Sequence record: PQ657784
Length of the DNA stretch: 64,000 bases
Direction: 5' to 3' (one strand)
From: Escherichia phage EPIMRB01
The notes below the pieces were generated by a model that worked only from the letters and a program-made list of their open reading frames with translations, did no database searches and was not told where the DNA came from. Positions 58,854-64,000 of this stretch are shown piece by piece. The translations under genes were made by a program, and so were the position numbers. The number at the start of each line of letters is the position of its first letter. The first letter of the stretch is position 1.

Positions 58854-59391
58854 TTACTATTTCCAAAAGTTTATTATTTTTAAGGTAATTAGCCTTTTCT
58901 AGGACTTCAGAAGCATATTTAGAACCTGCTTTAACATTCCATCCCGAATTATAAGAGGATATTGCTTTTCTTATATCGCCCTTATGTATATTTAACCAAT
59001 AAGAAAGTTCAATGTACGCCCAGGAAGCTGAATTGGATCGTTTATTCAACATTCTTTTTATTTCAGCATCGGTCATATTATAACCAAGTTCCTTAACTCT
59101 CGCTCGCATAGTAGGCAAATAATTTTGGAACATTCCGTAAGCATGATGTTTTGGTTTAGATTTTAAATTAACTCCGCCAGAGCTTTCTTGCCATAAAATA
59201 GCAGCCATTATATGACCTAATCCGCTCTTGTGGATATTTTTGTGTGTTTTATATTTTCCATCCTTAGAAAATTGTTCCCCGAATTGATACGCGTAACGCA
59301 TGTTATCGAGTTGGACATTACTGAAAGTATGCTCGGAGCTATGTGCCATCATTGAAATGGCCAATAGACCAGCGAGTAGTGCTTTTCTCAT
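58846..59391 (-). CDS. secreted lytic-transglycosylase-like protein
   Basis: 181-aa ORF with signal peptide and WQESSGG motif. Confidence 0.5.
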   Translation of the reverse strand: MRKALLAGLLAISMMAHSSEHTFSNVQLDNMRYAYQFGEQFSKDGKYKTHKNIHKSGLGHIMAAILWQESSGGVNLKSKPKHHAYGMFQNYLPTMRARVKELGYNMTDAEIKRMLNKRSNSASWAYIELSYWLNIHKGDIRKAISSYNSGWNVKAGSKYASEVLEKANYLKNNKLLEIVND

Positions 59392-59398
59392 GTTTACC

Positions 59399-59860
59399 TC
59401 ATTGAGTTTTAATTACTGCTTTAGAAGCCTTTCCTGGTAAACGACGACTGTTGATAATTGCCATCCTACATTGAAGTGACGGGTCTTTGAACTTCTCATT
59501 AGGTTTACAAACTGTAAATCCAAGCCAAAGATTTCCATCTGTAATTTCTAAACGTCCAGGACGATATTCAACTCCATCAATAAAATCCTCATCAATGTCA
59601 GGACGCGGAGGCATACTCAGGAATTCATTAACTTCTAAAACATGGTCTTTTATTTTATGGAATAATTCAAAAACATATGTCTCATCAATCTCCCGTTGAA
59701 TTGCACGATCAAGAAGATGTTGAGAATATTTTAGATGAAACGATGAGACCCCTGCTGCTTTTGATGCCTCACGAATCTCATTGTTAATTTGACGAAACTC
59801 CGACTCAAAGTGACGACGAAGCTTATTTCGACGGATAAAAACTTCTGTATTGATAGTCAT
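59399..59860 (-). CDS. regB: endoribonuclease RegB
   Basis: 153 aa as T4 RegB; consensus early promoter upstream. Confidence 0.9.
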   Translation of the reverse strand: MTINTEVFIRRNKLRRHFESEFRQINNEIREASKAAGVSSFHLKYSQHLLDRAIQREIDETYVFELFHKIKDHVLEVNEFLSMPPRPDIDEDFIDGVEYRPGRLEITDGNLWLGFTVCKPNEKFKDPSLQCRMAIINSRRLPGKASKAVIKTQ

Positions 59861-59887
59861 GTTATTCTCCTCTTAACTGATAGAAAA

Positions 59888-59917
59888 ATTATACCACAGT
59901 CAAGAGGAAAAGTAAAC
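59888..59917 (-). promoter_or_regulatory. early promoter upstream of regB
   Basis: GTTTAC-N18-TATAAT. Confidence 0.55.
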
Positions 59918-59919
59918 AG

Positions 59920-60240
59920 TTATTCTTTAAATCTAGTCAATTTATTCATAGACTTTGAAACTTCTGCACGAACCTCATGTAGATTTTTGAGCTGTTCAAG
60001 ACGCTGCGTATAGTAAGCAATTTCATCTTCTTCGAGACAGTCCTGTGAATCTTCTTTAAGATAACGTGCATAGTCCTGAAAAGCGTTACGAACTACTTCC
60101 TGGAAATCATCAAGACTTTGAATTTTCTTAGGAGCAGCAGATACACGACGAGGGGCAGTATAATACTCATAACCAAACCCTGCGCTTAATTGAGCCATTA
60201 GTATTTTTCCTCTGGTTGGAACACTGCACGACAAGCCCAC
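59920..60240 (-). CDS. hypothetical protein
   Basis: 106-aa ORF (92 aa from internal Met). Confidence 0.45.
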   Translation of the reverse strand: MGLSCSVPTRGKILMAQLSAGFGYEYYTAPRRVSAAPKKIQSLDDFQEVVRNAFQDYARYLKEDSQDCLEEDEIAYYTQRLEQLKNLHEVRAEVSKSMNKLTRFKE

Positions 60241-60500
60241 ATACTGGCTTCTTTGAGTTTCGTTTTAGCAATAGTTAACTGATCGAGGCTTTCAGCATAA
60301 TTCTTCGCGAGTTCATCGTCTTCACAGCTATCAAATGCTTCCCAAAATTCATCGTATAAAGCATCAAAGATAAGTCCTAAACGAACTTCAGCGTCTTTGA
60401 TAGCATTCACTTTACCGATTTTCTCTTCGGTATGCGGCTTATAACCCTTAATATCTTCAATCATATTTGACTTCCTCACCAGTACATAAATCATATTCAA
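60198..60500 (-). CDS. hypothetical protein
   Basis: 100-aa ORF. Confidence 0.4.
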   Translation of the reverse strand: MNMIYVLVRKSNMIEDIKGYKPHTEEKIGKVNAIKDAEVRLGLIFDALYDEFWEAFDSCEDDELAKNYAESLDQLTIAKTKLKEASMWACRAVFQPEEKY

Positions 60501-60678
60501 CTAAACGAATAGGTTCATGAATGCCATATCCCTGAACAGAAATTTCTGTCGTAGGATAAATTCCATCAATATCACCCATATTCCAGGCTTCATTAAATTG
60601 CTGTTCGCCTGAATTACTAAACCACTCGGCGAAAGCATTTAGCACATCTTCAGAACCTTCAATAATTATCTTTGCCAT
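60457..60678 (-). CDS. hypothetical acidic protein
   Basis: 73-aa ORF. Confidence 0.45.
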   Translation of the reverse strand: MAKIIIEGSEDVLNAFAEWFSNSGEQQFNEAWNMGDIDGIYPTTEISVQGYGIHEPIRLVEYDLCTGEEVKYD

Positions 60679-61040
60679 TACAAACTCTCGGTGAAGGTAC
60701 GAGCGATAACGTCGCGCTGCTGTTCCGGAGTCAGAGAGTTAAAGCGAACTGCATAACCTGATACACGGATGGTCAGCTGCGGATATTTTTCCGGATGCTT
60801 AACTGCATCTTCCAGAGTTTCACGACGCAGAACGTTAACGTTCAGGTGTTGACCACCTTCAATTTTAACTGTAGGTTGTGTTTCAATTTCAATTTCACGG
60901 GCATGCAAACCGTAGAAAATTTCCGGGTCTACAAAAGAGTCCTCTTTAAAGGTTTTAGAGACAATAATTCGTGCTTGAATACCATCTTCAAAATAAATAG
61001 TACCTTTATGTGTGCCTTCAAGAATTTGATATGCTTTCAT
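60678..61040 (-). CDS. autonomous glycyl radical cofactor (GrcA/YfiD-like)
   Basis: 120-aa ORF with glycyl-radical motif RVSGYAVRF near C-terminus. Confidence 0.8.
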   Translation of the reverse strand: MKAYQILEGTHKGTIYFEDGIQARIIVSKTFKEDSFVDPEIFYGLHAREIEIETQPTVKIEGGQHLNVNVLRRETLEDAVKHPEKYPQLTIRVSGYAVRFNSLTPEQQRDVIARTFTESL

Positions 61041-61047
61041 ATAAACC

Positions 61048-61377
61048 TCAATTAGAAAATAAATTTATCCAAGATTGTTCTTTAATTAAAAATGGCTCAG
61101 AATCATATGCCATTAAACTTTGGGTGATTAGTCCTTTAAAAGGTCCATCAATAAATTCCATGGTAAAATATGGAATTTTATTCATTAACTGTGCGTTAGG
61201 AGCAGTGCACAAAACTCTGCATCCTTTGAATACACCCTTTTGTAATTTGTATTGCTTGGGATAAAATTCGCTCAAAATGTTATTATTTGCTAAAATTTCA
61301 AAATGATTCACCAATTTATTTTTAATAGTTTTTGGTGAAAAATAAAGATATTCGAAAAGCTGTGTGTCTGTCATCAT
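61048..61377 (-). CDS. hypothetical protein
   Basis: 109-aa ORF. Confidence 0.45.
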   Translation of the reverse strand: MMTDTQLFEYLYFSPKTIKNKLVNHFEILANNNILSEFYPKQYKLQKGVFKGCRVLCTAPNAQLMNKIPYFTMEFIDGPFKGLITQSLMAYDSEPFLIKEQSWINLFSN

Positions 61378-61973
61378 TGCATTCCAATCACAAAAAATTG
61401 AGGACGAACTGTTTCACCTGTTTCAGCATTATAGCTTCGACAACAGTGTTGTACCGTTTTAATATGGATATTGTAAATCTTATCCATATCAGGAGCTTTA
61501 ATAGGTTCGTCAATTATGTACAAGATACGAGAAAGCGATAACCCACGGAATTTATGACCTTCATTACCGATAAAACTACGGACAGAATCAGTAAATAAAC
61601 GGAATCGAATATCATCGCTAGAATAACGAGAAAATTCTTTTTCAATGTTGCCAGCAGAAATTTTAGCGTAAGCTGAAGTATTAGAAAGAACAATAACTGT
61701 TCCGCCATCATACAGCCAATTAGCGGCAAAGTTAGTCACAGCAATTGATTTACCGGATTGACGTCCACCATCTATACGAAGTGTGCAGTACTGTTTGAGC
61801 ACATCTTCCATTGGTGGAAGATAATCATTCTTACAGAGTTCTTCTACTCTAGCATCAGAATGGTGTGTAAAAGCATTCATCAGGGATAGATACGGGCCAG
61901 TTAAAAATGTTCTCATATTTTCTCTCTTAATTTTTGGGCCATTCCATGGCACATGAGTTGTCCATTCCTGCAT
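61374..61973 (-). CDS. hypothetical P-loop protein
   Basis: 199-aa ORF with GGRQSGKS Walker-A-like motif. Confidence 0.45.
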   Translation of the reverse strand: MQEWTTHVPWNGPKIKRENMRTFLTGPYLSLMNAFTHHSDARVEELCKNDYLPPMEDVLKQYCTLRIDGGRQSGKSIAVTNFAANWLYDGGTVIVLSNTSAYAKISAGNIEKEFSRYSSDDIRFRLFTDSVRSFIGNEGHKFRGLSLSRILYIIDEPIKAPDMDKIYNIHIKTVQHCCRSYNAETGETVRPQFFVIGMQ

Positions 61974-62051
61974 TACCCATTACCGCACTCAGGCTCGACC
62001 TTATCACAGGTTGGCGGGAATACCTCAAATGAGGTCCAGGTTGTTCCCATA

Positions 62052-62525
62052 TTATTTGAACGATTTAACGTACTGAATAGAACCTTTACTATTTACAAAG
62101 GCAATTTTACCATTTTTATTATACATTGTAGCAGTACGTTGATAGCCATAAGTTTGTTTACCAGATTGATAACCAACTAATGCAAAATTATCTTCACCCA
62201 TTTTATTCTGTTTAGCGCGAATGCGTTCATGACCATGTGCCATAAGAACCTTAGCATCACCAGTTGCAATGGATCGACGAGTTTTTTCATCTTCAACTGT
62301 ATTAACAAAGTCGTCAAATGAATCAAATTTAGCATGAGATTTATTATACAATTTTCCATCTACTGCATAATTATATCCCTGTACATCCATCTCAACTTCT
62401 GTACCATCATCCAATACAGCAGTAATTTTCTGTCCTTTTTTAAATTTCAAAAGATCAGTAAAAGATTCAGCAATAATTTGAGAATTAATAGCTGCTTCAG
62501 TGATAAATTCTTGATATGTTTTCAT
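62052..62525 (-). CDS. internal protein with capsid targeting sequence
   Basis: 157 aa; MKTYQEFITEA...IIAE N-terminus matches the T4 IP targeting sequence and protease site; early promoter upstream. Confidence 0.65.
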   Translation of the reverse strand: MKTYQEFITEAAINSQIIAESFTDLLKFKKGQKITAVLDDGTEVEMDVQGYNYAVDGKLYNKSHAKFDSFDDFVNTVEDEKTRRSIATGDAKVLMAHGHERIRAKQNKMGEDNFALVGYQSGKQTYGYQRTATMYNKNGKIAFVNSKGSIQYVKSFK

Positions 62526-62579
62526 GTGTTTCCTTTAAATATTTTAATTAGTAATTTGTCTCTTCAAGCAACTGTGAAT

Positions 62580-62609
62580 ATACTATCACAATTCTAGGAG
62601 AAAGTAAAC
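62580..62609 (-). promoter_or_regulatory. early promoter upstream of internal protein gene
   Basis: GTTTAC-N18-TAGTAT, weaker -10. Confidence 0.4.
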
Positions 62610-62613
62610 AACT

Positions 62614-63582
<969 letters not shown>

Positions 63583-63601
<19 letters not shown>

Positions 63602-63981
63602 TCAGTGATAAAGTTATTTAAATTTTGAGTATATTTCTTTTCATCAAAAATCTTTTGTTGTCTGCGTAGCCGCCATGGCATTTCAATGAACGTGTACCAT
63701 ATCCCAGATAATATTGCTGCTGTAAAAATATTAACAAGTATGGTTAAAAGAATCCAATCTCCTATTCTGTCCATTGGATTTTTTATAAAAAAGTAAAATA
63801 CGAATGATGTCACAGGAAGACTAATAATATACCACAGAATCATAATCTTATCTGTGAACCAATCAGCGTTCGTTAACTTAGCGCGACCATTATAAATACA
63901 CACGAATTTATCATCTGTTGCAGTAGATGGCTTAACTGGTTGATATCCCATTCTAAACTCCCTAATCAACAAATTTTTCAT
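63583..63981 (-). CDS. hypothetical membrane protein
   Basis: 132-aa ORF with TM segments. Confidence 0.45.
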
Positions 63982-64000
63982 ATCTTCGGAACAGCCATTC

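Noticed and set aside
61374-61973. Possible denV (endonuclease V) in the expected slot
   Set aside because: The protein is a 199-aa P-loop protein with no resemblance to the 138-aa pyrimidine-dimer glycosylase as I recall it.

Overview
This 64-kb window is a contiguous piece of a T4-like (T-even, Tevenvirinae) virulent coliphage genome, covering the early/middle region from rIIA (window start) to lysozyme e and nudE (window end). All calls come from reading the translated ORFs and recalled T4 biology; no database search was run. Almost every gene is on the minus strand, tightly packed with ATGA/TAATG stop-start overlaps. Recognised core genes: rIIA, uninterrupted topoisomerase II gene 39 (T2-type, no gene 60 split), dexA, dda, srd, modA, modB, soc, 56, 61, sp, dmd, 41, 40, uvsX, a beta-alpha-glucosyltransferase in the T4 beta-gt slot, 42, imm, 43, regA, 62, 44, 45, rpbA, 46, 47, alpha-gt, 55, nrdH, nrdG, intron-less nrdD, 49, nrdC, rI, tk, regB, a GrcA-like glycyl-radical protein, one internal protein, e and nudE. 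Relative to my recollection of T4, the window lacks every homing-endonuclease gene (mobA, segF, mobB, mobC, I-TevII, mobD), dam and denV. Regulatory signals seen: GTTTAC-N18-TAxxxT early promoters, TATAAATA late promoters, a MotA-box middle promoter, the gene 43 translational operator hairpin, and a family of UUCG-tetraloop terminator hairpins. The best candidates for something undescribed are (1) an AAA+ ATPase plus Pol-beta-type nucleotidyltransferase gene pair at 50.7-52.8 kb, (2) a tandem array of four diverged coiled-coil paralogs at 45.2-49.2 kb, (3) a repeated early promoter-leader cassette heading five accessory genes, (4) a lipoprotein plus secreted-protein insertion next to imm, and (5) a plus-strand small membrane ORF where T4 has dam. 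None of these functions is established. No tRNA, CRISPR array, integrase or host gene was seen.
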